Source of the DNA: Chloroflexota bacterium
GTDB lineage: Bacteria > Chloroflexota > UBA11872 > VXOZ01
Assembly: GCA_965221905.1 (NCBI GenBank)
Contig: OZ244922.1
Location: 288,001 to 352,000 of the forward strand
DNA length: 64,000 bases
Direction of reading: 5' to 3'
The stretch's first letter is position 1. Each line of letters begins with the position of its first letter. Below are positions 40,593 to 51,828 of this stretch, one piece after another. The position numbers were made by a program, and so were the translations under genes. The notes under the pieces are model-generated. The model worked only from the letters and a program-made list of their open reading frames with translations. It did no database searches and had not been told where the DNA came from.

Positions 40593-41498
40593 CTAAAGTC
40601 CCAGCACGCGCTCGGCGTTGCCTTGGGTGATCGCGTGGTACTTCTCTTCTGAGTCGCAATACTCTTTGAGTAAGGGCAGCGTCTGTGAGGCAAAGCATGG
40701 GCGTGGCCCCACGCTTTCCCAGTTGCCTTTGCCGTCCAGGCAGTGGCAATCGGTGGCCCAGAGGAGCTGATTCCAGTGGCGATTCACGAACTCTGCGCCG
40801 AACTCCGGATCGCGGGAGATCGCATTGAGGCCGGAACCGGCTGACATGTCCCCATAGAGATTCGGGTACTTAGACAGCCATTGGTCTGATAAACCGCCGC
40901 GCACCACCGGACCCGGCGGATAGCTCGTATAGCCCTCGGCGCGCCAGTCGCGGGGCACCTCGGCGCTCACATTCGCCCACCACGCCTGCGCGTGGGCCAC
41001 GAAGACCGTATCGGGAAAGGACTCGAGCACCTGGTCGAACACCTCGAAGTTGTAGTTGTAGTTACGGTACTCGAAGTGAAGGAGCACCACCCAGCCCAGC
41101 TTGCCGCAGAGCTCGTAGATATCCAGGCTGTCCGGGTGGTCTACCGGTAGCCGCACCTTATGTTCGCCAAAACCCATGCAGCCCGCTTCGTGGTAACGGT
41201 GAATCTCATCCAGAGCGTCGGGGCTCAGGGGGTCTACGTGGCAAAAGGGAATGATGGTATCGGGAAAGCGGTCATACGCTTGCAGCGCGTAATCCGTGCG
41301 CATGGCAGTCTGGTCCTTACCCCACTTCTCCTTTGCCATGGCCGTGCTGTTGCCTTTGGCGAGGGGCAGCACAACCGCCTTGCCGCCGCCGTGGGCATTG
41401 ATGTGCGCCACCACGTGCTCGCCAATGCGTGGATTCCCGGCGTCATACTCCGTCGGCACCATCACGTGTTGATGAAAGTCAATCGGCATAGTCCCCAT
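40593..41498 (-). CDS. Amidohydrolase family 2 protein
   Basis: IDFHQH, GFGEHK, VLLH, FVAHA, NLYGDMS, WATD. Confidence 0.85.
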   Translation of the reverse strand: MGTMPIDFHQHVMVPTEYDAGNPRIGEHVVAHINAHGGGKAVVLPLAKGNSTAMAKEKWGKDQTAMRTDYALQAYDRFPDTIIPFCHVDPLSPDALDEIHRYHEAGCMGFGEHKVRLPVDHPDSLDIYELCGKLGWVVLLHFEYRNYNYNFEVFDQVLESFPDTVFVAHAQAWWANVSAEVPRDWRAEGYTSYPPGPVVRGGLSDQWLSKYPNLYGDMSAGSGLNAISRDPEFGAEFVNRHWNQLLWATDCHCLDGKGNWESVGPRPCFASQTLPLLKEYCDSEEKYHAITQGNAERVLGL

Positions 41499-41663
41499 TC
41501 CTTTCTACAGTTGCATTTGATCTCATTCGCTTAATCAACTCATCAAGAGGACCTACGACGCTCTAAACACACTTGTCCAGCGCAAAGCGCGCCGCACTTC
41601 CACATGGGTGCTCAGCCTACTCCCTGTGGGAACCCATGCATAACCAGGATCGGAGATATATTG

Positions 41664-41703
41664 TCCCCTCTCCCTCGATGGAGAGGGCTAGGGTGAGGGT
41701 GAA
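41664..41703. repeat. REP-like element (CCCTCTCCC...GAGAGGGCTAGGGTGAGGG family)
   Basis: cccctctccctcgatggagagggctagggtgagggtgaa. Confidence 0.6.
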
Positions 41704-41798
41704 CTTTCGTCATTGCACCCAATCCCGCTCGCTTTTATAAGCTACGCAATGATCATCAATGGCAGGTTCCGACACTCATTTGCTATTACTCACAGACT

Positions 41799-42788
41799 TC
41801 ACAGCGCAAGTTCCTGCGGCCGTCCGGTCTCTATGGACTTGAAGAAGGCGTGCGCCAGGGCGGTGGCGCGGCGTCCGGCGTGGTGGTCGGCGCCAATGCG
41901 CCAGGGCGCGCCGGTCTGCAAGCAGTCGGCGAACTCAGCAAGCTCCTGGTGGAGTCCTTCCGGGTCTTCGTTGTCCGGCGCCTGGAGCGCCTCGATGCCG
42001 CCGGACTGCGGACCGGAGACCGTCGCGCGGTGGAGGCGGTCGTAGAGTTGCACGCTGATGCCGTCGGCCAAGACCTGGAAGAAGAACTTGGAAACCAGGC
42101 TCGTATCCGCCGCGTCGCCCTGGGTGACATTGGCCGCAGCACCGTTCGCAAAGCGTATTACGCCGGCCATGTTGTCAGGATAGGTCTTGTTCGCGTGGGT
42201 ATAGTTGCCCCCAACGGCGAAGACCTCCACCGGTTCCGCACCGGCCAGGTAGCAAATGAGGTCGAAGGTATGGCAACCCTGAGAGAGGATATTGCCGCCG
42301 CCCTTAATCGGATCAACCGCCCAAAGCGTATCGGGCCAGCGGTTGCACATCATCTGCCCTACGAGCAGAAAAGGCTCCGGCACCAGCCGCCTGGCCTCCT
42401 GGACGAGGGGCGCAAAGCGCAGCTTGAAGCCCGACATCAGGCGCACCCCGGCCTTTTCCACGGCTTCCACCACCGCGTCGCACTGGGGTACCGTCATGGA
42501 CATGGGCTTTTCCATGAGGATGTGCTTGCCCGCCTCAGCCGCCGCCACGCCGAAAGTGACGTGGGTATCGTGATTCGTGGCAATCAGGACGGCATCGATG
42601 GCGTCGTCGTGCAGCACCCGGTTTGGGTCCGTCGTGGCGTAGGCCCCGCCGAACTCGTTGAGAAACGCGGTAGCGGCATCCACGCGAACGTCAGCGAAGC
42701 CGTGCAAACGAATGCCGTCCAGCACAACCGCGTTGCGCATGTGGCTCCGCGCCATACCGCCGCACCCAATCACACCCAGCGTAATCAT
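41799..42788 (-). CDS. Gfo/Idh/MocA family oxidoreductase
   Basis: GVIGCGGMA, GKHILMEKP, GGGNI...GCHTFD. Confidence 0.9.
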   Translation of the reverse strand: MITLGVIGCGGMARSHMRNAVVLDGIRLHGFADVRVDAATAFLNEFGGAYATTDPNRVLHDDAIDAVLIATNHDTHVTFGVAAAEAGKHILMEKPMSMTVPQCDAVVEAVEKAGVRLMSGFKLRFAPLVQEARRLVPEPFLLVGQMMCNRWPDTLWAVDPIKGGGNILSQGCHTFDLICYLAGAEPVEVFAVGGNYTHANKTYPDNMAGVIRFANGAAANVTQGDAADTSLVSKFFFQVLADGISVQLYDRLHRATVSGPQSGGIEALQAPDNEDPEGLHQELAEFADCLQTGAPWRIGADHHAGRRATALAHAFFKSIETGRPQELAL

Positions 42789-43370
42789 GGCCTTACTGCA
42801 CTCCTCTAGGGTTCGCACCCCAATAAACGCCCCGGCGCCGTACCTGGCGTGACATGCATTGCCAACTCGCCGTTATTGTTCAATGTGAGCATATCATAGC
42901 CGCGACACGGGCAGTTAGGACAAGAGAAGGTAGTTTTTGGGGTAGGGTGGGACATAGAGTGATATCTGCACTGCAGATTGTGTGAGTGACAACAGCCGTA
43001 TTCATGAATATGCAGGTTACGACCCAACCGCAAGGCAGGATGACTGATAGACACAGGTTTTTGCTCTCTTGAGAAAGGGCTCGTGAAAAAGATGGAATTA
43101 ACATCTTGACATTCCCAATTCCATACATTGTATGGTATACTGGACGCAGTATGCCTCCCGAGCGTGACTTTCGGCCTAGGCGTTTGCAGGCGCGAACAAA
43201 GGGTGGTTCTAGAGACGCCGATAGGCTGGCGGGCTTCCGCAATACTAGGATTTGCGCAGCACGCGGACGGCAATGCAAGAGGTGCAGTATTCTCAGGATC
43301 GGGGTGGTGTTGCCCATGGTTCGATCCTGAGCCCCCGCATAGGGAATGTGAGGAAGGTAACCACACTCGT

Positions 43371-45236
43371 ATGGCATTGCCTGTCGAGGATGTAAAAGCG
43401 CAAGTTCCCTTGGTGGATGTGGTGAGCGCGGCAGTGCGGCTGCAGCCCAGCGGTCGCTACCTTAAGGGACTGTGCCCTTTTCACGAGGAAAAGACGCCCT
43501 CGTTCTTCGTTTTTCCCGAGCGCGGCACGTGGCGTTGCTTTGGCTGCGGTCGGGGCGGCGACGTGATCTCATTCGTCATGGAGCGCGAGAAAGCTACTTT
43601 CGTCCAGGCAGTGGAATCGCTTGCGCGTGAGGCCGGCATAGCCCTTTCACGCCAAGATGAAGTCAAGCGGAGCCGCAATCAGGTACTCGCACAGATCAAC
43701 ATGGAAGCAGCGGAGCTCTTTCAACGCCTGCTCAACGAGTCGCCGGAAGCGGCGCGAGCGCGAGAATACCTGGCAGCGCGCGGCCTAGAGAGAGATACTA
43801 TCGCACGCTTCATGTTGGGGTATGCTCCTAACCGCTTCGATACCGTGCGCTCGCACTTGGGCCAGCTTGGCTATTCACCTGAGGACCTAATGCAAGCCGG
43901 ACTGCTCACTCAGGGCAATCGCGGGCCGTACGACCGGTTTCGCGGGCGGATCATGTTTCCCATTCGGGACGCGCGCGGCCGCTTTTGTGGCTTTGGTGCG
44001 CGCACGCTGAGCGCCGAGATTCAACCGAAGTACCTCAATACGGCCCAGACGCCGATCTTCGATAAGAGTGGTCTACTCTACGGTCTGGACCTCGCACAGC
44101 AGTCCATCCGCGAACGGAAGCAGTGCATCATCGTGGAGGGCTACACGGACGTCATGATGGCGCATCAGCACGGCGAGACGAACGTCGTCGCGAGCATGGG
44201 TACCGCCCTGACGGAGAAGCACGTGCAAGCCGTCAAGAGCCTTACCACGAACCTCGTCTTGGCGCTCGATCCCGACGCCGCCGGTAGTGCCGCCACAATG
44301 CGGGGACTAGAGGTAGCGCGCCGGACCTTCGATCGGGTGGACACGCAAGTTTCCGTTGGCGACGTCATGCGCCTTGAAAGCACGCTGGAAGCGGACATTC
44401 GCATTGCCGTGTTGCCGGAGGGAAGAGATCCGGACGATTTGTTGCGCGAGGATAGGGCCGCGTGGCAGAACTGTGTCAACAATGCGGTGCCTTTCGTGGA
44501 CTATGCGTTTCGGCTCATCGCGCAAGAGCATGACCTCAGCAGCACGCAGGGCAAGCGCGCGGCCGTGCAAGCTTTGGCCCCGCTCATCAACGATATTGGC
44601 GATCCTGTGGCACGGCAGCAGTATCTCAAGCGCCTGACGCAGGTACTCGACTTGGGCATTCAGAGCGAAGTCTTGATGAACCTCATGCACACGCGCCGTC
44701 CGGCGCGACGTTCGCCGGCGCCTGCGCGGCAAAATGGGGAGAACCGGACTGCTACCAACGGGCAAGAGCCGCCGGCAGACAAATTCGAGCAATATCTGCT
44801 AGGATTGCTGTCTATGCATCCCGAGGCGCACGGACTTGCAGCGGAAGTCATCGATGCGGAAGACTTTCGTCATTTGCTCCACCGGCAAGCGTATGAGCAT
44901 TTGGTAGCTGGGGAAGAATCTAGGTCTAAATCGCTAGATTTTTCGGCGAAAGAGGAAGTGCTACACTTGCTCGGCTGGTTGCGCCAAGAGCGGTCCAAAG
45001 AACCGCAAATCGATGAAGAGCATTTGCGTCCAACCGTGGTGGCGGCCGCCTTGCGGCTGAAGCGACGCAACGTACAGGAGGGGTATGAAGACCTGCAGCT
45101 TCTTCTAGCGGATGAACACGCCGACGAAAATAAGGCGCTTGGATCGCAGATTCGGCAGGAAATTCGCAGGATCGGCGAACAACTGCGCCAAATCAACCGC
45201 GCGCTAAAGCAAACGAGCTTCATCCGAACATCGTAG
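43371..45236 (+). CDS. dnaG: DNA primase
   Basis: CPFHEEKTPSF...CFGC zinc finger, DRFRGRIMFPI, KYLN, VEGYTDV, DPDAAG, DPD; start placed at ATG 43371. Confidence 0.96.
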   Translation: MALPVEDVKAQVPLVDVVSAAVRLQPSGRYLKGLCPFHEEKTPSFFVFPERGTWRCFGCGRGGDVISFVMEREKATFVQAVESLAREAGIALSRQDEVKRSRNQVLAQINMEAAELFQRLLNESPEAARAREYLAARGLERDTIARFMLGYAPNRFDTVRSHLGQLGYSPEDLMQAGLLTQGNRGPYDRFRGRIMFPIRDARGRFCGFGARTLSAEIQPKYLNTAQTPIFDKSGLLYGLDLAQQSIRERKQCIIVEGYTDVMMAHQHGETNVVASMGTALTEKHVQAVKSLTTNLVLALDPDAAGSAATMRGLEVARRTFDRVDTQVSVGDVMRLESTLEADIRIAVLPEGRDPDDLLREDRAAWQNCVNNAVPFVDYAFRLIAQEHDLSSTQGKRAAVQALAPLINDIGDPVARQQYLKRLTQVLDLGIQSEVLMNLMHTRRPARRSPAPARQNGENRTATNGQEPPADKFEQYLLGLLSMHPEAHGLAAEVIDAEDFRHLLHRQAYEHLVAGEESRSKSLDFSAKEEVLHLLGWLRQERSKEPQIDEEHLRPTVVAAALRLKRRNVQEGYEDLQLLLADEHADENKALGSQIRQEIRRIGEQLRQINRALKQTSFIRTS

Positions 45237-45311
45237 ACGTCATGCTTTAGCGAAGACTCAGAGAATAGAAGCCGGCACACTTTGCACAGGGAGACCTGTG
45301 AAGGAGGAAAG

Positions 45312-46631
45312 ATGGCAGCGAATACAACCGAAACCGTTGTCCGGAACAAGACCGCAGTCAAGGGCAAAGTAAAGAAGGTTACGGCCAAGGCCGTGGTAAC
45401 ACCGGCTGAGGCTGCCGAGCCGATCGAGCTGGAAATCACCGAGGAAGACATCCGCAAACTCGTGAATCGCGGCAAGCGGCGCGGTCACCTGACGCAGGAA
45501 GAGTTGCTGGAGGCGTTCCCGGATATCGAGGCGGGCAGTGAGGAAGCAGAAGAACTCTTTTCGCAATTTTCCGACCTCGGACTGAAAATACTTCCAGCCA
45601 ATGAGGTTGACGATGACGACGATGAGGAGGATGATCGTTCTTCACCGAGCATGCCTGAGATCGTGGCCTTAGAGCGGGCGGCGCTCAAGGCAGCAAAAGG
45701 CACAGATGATGAAGCCGGAACGCTCGATGATCCGGTGCGGACCTATTTGCGCGAGATTGGGCGCGTCCCGCTACTCAACGCTGCGCAGGAAGTAATGTTG
45801 GCCAAGCAGATGGAGAAGCGACTCTTCGCCGAGGAGAGGCTGGAAAACCGCGACGGCATGCCCCTGGAGACAATTCAGCGTCTTGAGCGCGAGGTTGTTG
45901 TTGGCATAGAGGCGCGCAAACGCTTGACTGAAGCGAACCTGCGTCTCGTGGTGAGCATGGCCAAGAAATATGTGGGTCGCGGGATGTCGCTGCTGGACTT
46001 GATCCAGGAAGGCAACATTGGCCTCATTCGCGCAGTGGAGAAATTCGACTTCCGCAAGGGCTTTAAGTTCAGCACCTATGCGACCTGGTGGATTCGGCAA
46101 GCGATTACACGCTCCATCGCCGACCAGGCGCGCACAATTCGCATTCCCGTGCATATGGTGGAGACGATCAACAAATTGGTGCGCATCTCCCGACGCCTTG
46201 TCCAAGAGAAGGGCCGCGAGCCGACCTCGGATGAGATCGGCGGTGAGATGGGTATTCCGTCGCTTAAGGTGCGCGAGATCATCAAGGTGTCCCAGGAGCC
46301 GGTGAGTTTGGAAACACCCATCGGTGAGGAAGAAGACAGCCACTTGGGAGAGTTCATCCCCGATGAGGCGACGATGTCTCCGGCGGATGCGGCGTCATAC
46401 CAGATGTTGCGGGAACAAGTGGAAGCAGTCCTCAACTCGCTCTCCGATCGCGAGCGCAAGGTGCTGCGGCTGCGGTTCGGTCTGGAAGACGGCCGCACCC
46501 GCACCCTGGAAGAAGTGGGACGCGAATTCAGCGTCACGCGCGAACGCATTCGCCAGATCGAGGCCAAGGCCCTGCGCAAACTGCGCCACCCGGCCCGCAG
46601 CCAAAAACTCAAGGACTACCTGGACCTGTAG
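45312..46631 (+). CDS. rpoD: RNA polymerase primary sigma factor
   Basis: [47 protein letters not shown]...[10 protein letters not shown]; follows dnaG. Confidence 0.97.
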   Translation: MAANTTETVVRNKTAVKGKVKKVTAKAVVTPAEAAEPIELEITEEDIRKLVNRGKRRGHLTQEELLEAFPDIEAGSEEAEELFSQFSDLGLKILPANEVDDDDDEEDDRSSPSMPEIVALERAALKAAKGTDDEAGTLDDPVRTYLREIGRVPLLNAAQEVMLAKQMEKRLFAEERLENRDGMPLETIQRLEREVVVGIEARKRLTEANLRLVVSMAKKYVGRGMSLLDLIQEGNIGLIRAVEKFDFRKGFKFSTYATWWIRQAITRSIADQARTIRIPVHMVETINKLVRISRRLVQEKGREPTSDEIGGEMGIPSLKVREIIKVSQEPVSLETPIGEEEDSHLGEFIPDEATMSPADAASYQMLREQVEAVLNSLSDRERKVLRLRFGLEDGRTRTLEEVGREFSVTRERIRQIEAKALRKLRHPARSQKLKDYLDL

Positions 46632-46701
46632 CAGTTGTGCCTTTTCCCTGCTCCGCAAGCTGTTATGACGCCGGAGCGAATTCGTCCAGCGAAGTCTGAT
46701 T

Positions 46702-46728
46702 CGTCATTCCGGCGCAAGCCGGAATCTA
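46702..46728. repeat. REP-like element
   Basis: cgtcattccggcgcaagccggaatcta. Confidence 0.7.
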
Positions 46729-46914
46729 GGGCGGGTCGGCAACAGAGCCAATTCTCGAACCGAACGGCCCGTCTATGCGAATAGGCGGGCCTTGCGCTTT
46801 CCTGCCACAGAGTTTTAGTTGGATCTTGGAGCATAGACTAGCTAAGGAGGCGCTACAGTTGGGATCCTCGGAATTGATGGCACTGGCAATGCACCGCCTA
46901 CAACTCCGCCGGCC

Positions 46915-47208
46915 TCACGAGACTCGATCCCCAAGTCGTTGACAAGCAACCACAGAGATTCCCGGTTGCGGGCCTCGAGGGTCGCGCCCTGCGGCCGCGT
47001 CAGCGTGCGGCTCTGCCACCGGCAGCCCTGGATTCAGCGTGGCCAGCGCATCCCGCAGCCGCCACGCCAACACCGCCTGGCCGTAATCCTCACCTTCGGC
47101 GCCGGGCGTATCGAAACCAATGTCCGGCCCATGCGACACCCGCCAACCCAGAGCGGTAAGCCATTCAAGGGCGGCTTGTTCAACGTCGGCTTCTGTGAGG
47201 ACGGCCAT
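46915..47208 (-). pseudogene. hsdR: Type I restriction subunit R, truncated N-terminal fragment
   Basis: TEADVEQAALEWL..LGW...GPDI...RLRDALA.LNP; LTRPQGATLEARNR continues in a shifted frame; no helicase domains. Confidence 0.8.
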
Positions 47209-47210
47209 CG

Positions 47211-47564
47211 TCACTCCCTTATGCGCACCCGCGATTCCTCCACTATCCAAAGCTGGCCTTCGGGGGATGATGTAGCAAGCATCTGAACCAAGTCAGCGCC
47301 GACCGCCAAGATAGCGTCCCTTGCTTGGTCGGACAGCCGCAATATCACGATGCCAGGGTATCTCCCAGGCGGATACATTCTGATATCGGCGAAGTCTCCG
47401 TCTTCCGTTACCAGCACGCGTTCCTCTAGCAGGCAGACTGACGCTAATTCTGCATCTGCCGCGCCGCCAAGCCCCTCGTCGAGGACTGTGGCCACATCAT
47501 GGCCGGCTTCCGTAAACAGACGCTTTAGCTGGATCGGCAGGTTTTCGTCTAGCTTGAATCGCAT
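47211..47564 (-). CDS. DUF5615 family PIN-like toxin (VapC45-like)
   Basis: MRFKLDENLP, GHDV, RVLVTEDGDF, GIVILR. Confidence 0.88.
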   Translation of the reverse strand: MRFKLDENLPIQLKRLFTEAGHDVATVLDEGLGGAADAELASVCLLEERVLVTEDGDFADIRMYPPGRYPGIVILRLSDQARDAILAVGADLVQMLATSSPEGQLWIVEESRVRIRE

Positions 47565-47573
47565 TTCGAATGT

Positions 47574-47825
<252 letters not shown>

Positions 47826-47987
47826 CTACTCTCTCCTATAGAATATAGGCCGGTATTTGGCACGCTACTTGCTCTGATTAAACTTTACACCGTCCGCCGC
47901 CCGCGTGCGGCATGCCAAGCGAGGGCGGACAGTTCAACATCGGCTTCGGAAAGTGTGGCTATGTGCACTGTCTCGACATCAAAGCTT

Positions 47988-48941
47988 CTAGTGAGTGAAG
48001 TCGAAGGGATATGCTCGATCCTTGCTAACCAGGAACACCAGGTCGAGCGGGTGTACATCGGTGCGTTCGAGCTCAGTGAGCGCATCATAGAAATAGCTAA
48101 GTGGCACTTCCCACTGCTGTTCACCCGCGTGAAGAGCGACTGCCAAGCGCCCGCCCCGTGTCCACGCTTTGAACTTACGTTTGCCCATCTCAATCTCTTT
48201 TACGACGCTCTCTATAGCCGCCGACTCTGGGAAGTCGGCATTGAATAAACCTACAACCGATACTAGACTTTCGTGGTTGGGCAAGTCTCTCAGCTTCTTC
48301 AGCTCCCATTCCTCGGTCCACTCCACTTGCAATGGACCATCCAGTAGACTCTTCTCACAGGCATGCTTCAGCCTGCGTTGAAAGGCTTCACGACAGGCAA
48401 TAGTAATGAACTTGTGGTTCGGTCCGTCGTCATTCAAGAAATACCTGCCGCTGACACCTTGTAGATAGATTGGCATAAACTCACCATGCGTGTGCGAGCA
48501 TTTAACGTATCCTTCGTTCGCCTTTCCACAGTATTCAATTGTCGCTTGCCTCGAGAACGAGATCACAGTTGTCTGTCCAGTTTCGAGGTGAGGGCATGTA
48601 TCTGCGATGTTGTTTCTGAGTTGTGAGATTAACTTGCGGTCGAGACCCAACCTAGCAATTGGCGGTGTAAACAAAACAAATTCCCCGCCTGATTCGGGTG
48701 CCAGCCGCTCGCAAAGTGATTTGTAGTTCCAACTATTCGTATGGAATGTTTCACCATCGGTAAGCTGTTTAATCTCAACGGCTATGCAGTTAACACCATT
48801 TGTTAGGACAACATCCGGAGTTGGCTCTGAAGTGTTCAAATCGTCGAGCCATACATCCACTCGCCATTTGCCGCCTGCGTTCCCACTGAGGTACTTACAG
48901 AGGAGTGCCGCACATCGTTCCTCTTGTTTTGTAGGAGCCAT
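47988..48941 (-). CDS. Hypothetical protein with N-terminal PD-(D/E)XK nuclease-like motif
   Basis: QEE...PTPDVVL...IAVEIKQL; intact 317-aa lower-GC ORF. Confidence 0.55.
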   Translation of the reverse strand: MAPTKQEERCAALLCKYLSGNAGGKWRVDVWLDDLNTSEPTPDVVLTNGVNCIAVEIKQLTDGETFHTNSWNYKSLCERLAPESGGEFVLFTPPIARLGLDRKLISQLRNNIADTCPHLETGQTTVISFSRQATIEYCGKANEGYVKCSHTHGEFMPIYLQGVSGRYFLNDDGPNHKFITIACREAFQRRLKHACEKSLLDGPLQVEWTEEWELKKLRDLPNHESLVSVVGLFNADFPESAAIESVVKEIEMGKRKFKAWTRGGRLAVALHAGEQQWEVPLSYFYDALTELERTDVHPLDLVFLVSKDRAYPFDFTH

Positions 48942-48953
48942 CTCAATGAACTT

Positions 48954-49716
48954 TCAAACCAAATCGCCGCCTTCAAGCGGGCTCAATCGCACCTCCCCCG
49001 AAACCAGACGCGGAAGCGGTACGTCTCGCTGGTCGTCGAGTGTGCGAGATTCTCATTCGAGATTGTGGCGACGAGTGAAGACTGCACCGATCCGGTCATT
49101 GAATTCGTCAACGACTTGTCTCGGCGGTACAAGCTGCTCGTTCACATACGCCAGTTTGCGATTCAGGCCTGGCACCGCCGAATCAGCCGAAACGGACGCG
49201 AGGTATAGATCGGTCAAGGCAAAACAACTCAAATGTAGCCGTTACCTCGCATCTCTCAGTTCTACGCAGAACGTGGTGTCGATTGGGAAGATTCCCCTAT
49301 ACCCTCGTAGCGACACCTGGGTTGCCTTTTCTGCCGACGACAATGCCGGGGCCGGCTACCAGTCTTTTGTTGTGCCAACCTAATTGTCCGTTTCATCCAT
49401 TCACGGGAACAGGACCGTCCTTTCGGTCGGCTGCTCGCAAAGGTTTGACGTAGGCAAGTTCGACAATCTCCCCTAGTTTCTTTAATCCCCACCCCTCTGG
49501 GATTTCGCCGAGTTCGGAGGGGACGAGGCGGTTGGGGAAGAGGTCGTAGAAGTCGACGTGGAGGCCGGGGAGGGATTCGCCCCGCCACCAGCGGCCCTCC
49601 TGCTTAGCGCGAACGGGGTCAAAGACCACAAACCACGGTTTGAACAGCGCCCGCGCCATTTCCTCCAGCGTTTCATTCATCCGCCGGTTCAACTCGATCT
49701 TGTCGTCCATCCCCAC
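48954..49716 (-). pseudogene. hsdS: Type I restriction specificity subunit, C-terminal half, disrupted
   Basis: [66 protein letters not shown]...LPRLVSGE; internal stops and frameshifts. Confidence 0.88.
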
Positions 49717-49772
49717 CGGGCGTTGTTTGTTGCTGGCGGCAGCCCTGCGTCCTTCACAATTGAAGACCGTCT

Positions 49773-50840
49773 TTAGTTGGCACGTTCCCCAATCGAACCG
49801 ATAGCATGGGATTCGTCACCTTGCCCAACGCCTTCGAGGCGGACGCCTTCTACGGGCTGCAGGTGCAGGATGCGGGAGGCTCCGGCATTTCTGAGTAGGG
49901 TACCGAGCTGCTCCGGCTCCGGGTGCAGCGCGATGATTGTGCCGCCGTCGCCGGCTCCGGCCAGTTTTGCTCCCAGCGCGCCATTATCCAAAGCGGCATT
50001 GATGAGTCGCTCGTTTTCTGCGCCGGAGCCGCCGAGATCACGCTGAATTGCGTGATTCTCATTCATTAGTTTGCCCAGGCGCACCCAGTCCTTTTCCAGC
50101 AGAGCTTTCTTGCCCTCGCGCGCCAGGCCTGCAATAGCGTCATACGCTCTTACCACCTCGCGCTCGCCCTCCAGCCAACGTTCGCGAATGGGTCTATGGA
50201 CAACGTCGGCATGGTGCTCAATTCCGGTATGCGCCAACACGAAGGGCAACTCGGGTACGTGTGACACGAGTGACTCCACGGAAGCATAGGGTTCGCTGTG
50301 CACTTCCCGGTAGAATTCTTTGTCGCGGAAGTCCATGTAGTTTAGTCCGCCAAACGCCGGCATATAGAAGTCGTGGTAGCCGCAGATGACGCCCATTTCG
50401 TTGAGCTCGATACCGCGGGCGGTCTCCGCAAAGAGATACTCGTTCATCGTGCGGCCTTGATAGCGCATGAGGGCGTACAACGCAGCAACGACCAACGATG
50501 AGGAGCTTGAGAGGCCGGAGCCAATTGGTACGTCGCTCCAGCACCTGAAATGGGCTTTCATGCCGAGACACTGCTGCTGGGCAACCACTGCGCGGAGAAT
50601 GTCGAAGTGATCTCCCCGCTGCTGCAAATCGTCACGCGTGCGGACAGTTACTACACCTTGGTCGGATTCAAGTGTAAGCCGGTCTGCGGGACGAATTGAG
50701 ACGTAGCCGCGCTGGGGTATCGTGCAAGACAATACGCTGCCACCGTACATATCCGTTGGGTTGCCGATAATGCCGCAGCGTCCAGGAGCAGAGGCGACAA
50801 CGGTTGCCTGCTCGGTGTCCCTATTTTCAGCCGGTGTCAT
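49773..50840 (-). CDS. GHMP family sugar kinase (glucuronokinase-like)
   Basis: [36 protein letters not shown]. Confidence 0.8.
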   Translation of the reverse strand: MTPAENRDTEQATVVASAPGRCGIIGNPTDMYGGSVLSCTIPQRGYVSIRPADRLTLESDQGVVTVRTRDDLQQRGDHFDILRAVVAQQQCLGMKAHFRCWSDVPIGSGLSSSSSLVVAALYALMRYQGRTMNEYLFAETARGIELNEMGVICGYHDFYMPAFGGLNYMDFRDKEFYREVHSEPYASVESLVSHVPELPFVLAHTGIEHHADVVHRPIRERWLEGEREVVRAYDAIAGLAREGKKALLEKDWVRLGKLMNENHAIQRDLGGSGAENERLINAALDNGALGAKLAGAGDGGTIIALHPEPEQLGTLLRNAGASRILHLQPVEGVRLEGVGQGDESHAIGSIGERAN

Positions 50841-51733
50841 AACGTAGCCGCTTTGCGCAGCAGGTGCTGCCGCACGAGGTAGCCGTACTTTTCATCGGAA
50901 AGCGCGAAGTCTATGAACGCCTTGAAGTAGGTTTCGAAGTTGCCAATGTCGTACCGCACCTCTTCAGGTGCAAGCGCCACGCAGCGCACCAGTTGTTGCT
51001 GCTTGATGAGCACCTCGATGGAGTCCGCGAGCCAGAGTTCGTTGCCCTTGCCGGGCAGCGTGAGCCGGATCGCTTCGAATAGCTCACGATTCATCACGTA
51101 GCGGGGCACCACGGCGTAGTTGCTCGGCTCGGTGCCCCTCGGCGGCTTCTCCACAATGCCTTCGATAGCAAACTCGCGTCCGATGGTATCCTTGGGCATC
51201 ACGACGCCGTAGCGATGGGCATCCTCCGGCGCCACTTGCTCAACGGCGACCGTGCAAACGGCGCCGCTTTGCTCGTGGCTCTCGATCATGCGGCGCAAGA
51301 GGTTGCCCCCCTGGATGATCGTGTCGCCAAAGGCCACAACGAAAGGCTCATCGCCGACAAACTCTTGGGCGAGACGCACGGCATCCGCTTGTCCCGTCTG
51401 CTGGCTCTGGCGCGTATAGAAGATGTGGAGCAAGGTGTCGAAGTTCGGCAGCTTGTCGCTCAATTCCAGGTCATCGCTGCCGAGCCGTTCTTCCAAATCG
51501 GGATCGCGATCAAAGTGGTCTTCGATAGAGCTTTTCTTGCGGCCGGTAACGAGCAGCACCTGGTTGATGCCGGCCTGCTCCATCTCCTCCACCACGTACT
51601 GCACCACCGGCTTGCGGCCGACCGGCAGCATCTCTTTGGGCTGAGACTTGGTGGCAGGCAGCAATCGGGTGCCTAAACCGGCAACCAAGATTACGGCTTT
51701 AGAGACTTTGGAGCGTTGGGCCATGGGAGTCAA
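50837..51733 (-). CDS. UTP--glucose-1-phosphate uridylyltransferase family protein (GalU-like)
   Basis: AGLGTRLLPATK..PKEMLP, IEDHFD, RQ, FGD, VEKP, YDIG. Confidence 0.88.
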   Translation of the reverse strand: MTPMAQRSKVSKAVILVAGLGTRLLPATKSQPKEMLPVGRKPVVQYVVEEMEQAGINQVLLVTGRKKSSIEDHFDRDPDLEERLGSDDLELSDKLPNFDTLLHIFYTRQSQQTGQADAVRLAQEFVGDEPFVVAFGDTIIQGGNLLRRMIESHEQSGAVCTVAVEQVAPEDAHRYGVVMPKDTIGREFAIEGIVEKPPRGTEPSNYAVVPRYVMNRELFEAIRLTLPGKGNELWLADSIEVLIKQQQLVRCVALAPEEVRYDIGNFETYFKAFIDFALSDEKYGYLVRQHLLRKAATL

Positions 51734-51828
51734 TGCTCAATTGAGAATACCTAACTTTACCTTATTCAAGGTAGCGTGGATTTCACAAGGTTGTCAACAG
51801 TCAATGTTCGATCTCGATGTTGGTTTGG

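Noticed and set aside
43318-43340. tRNA 3' half (ggttcgatcc...cccccgca)
   Set aside because: No cloverleaf can be built; the sequence is one arm of a simple 10-bp hairpin.
43128-43370. 81-aa N-terminal extension of DnaG, and similar extensions on the PBP, EamA and Gfo/Idh/MocA ORFs
   Set aside because: Family similarity and RBS positions support the downstream starts.
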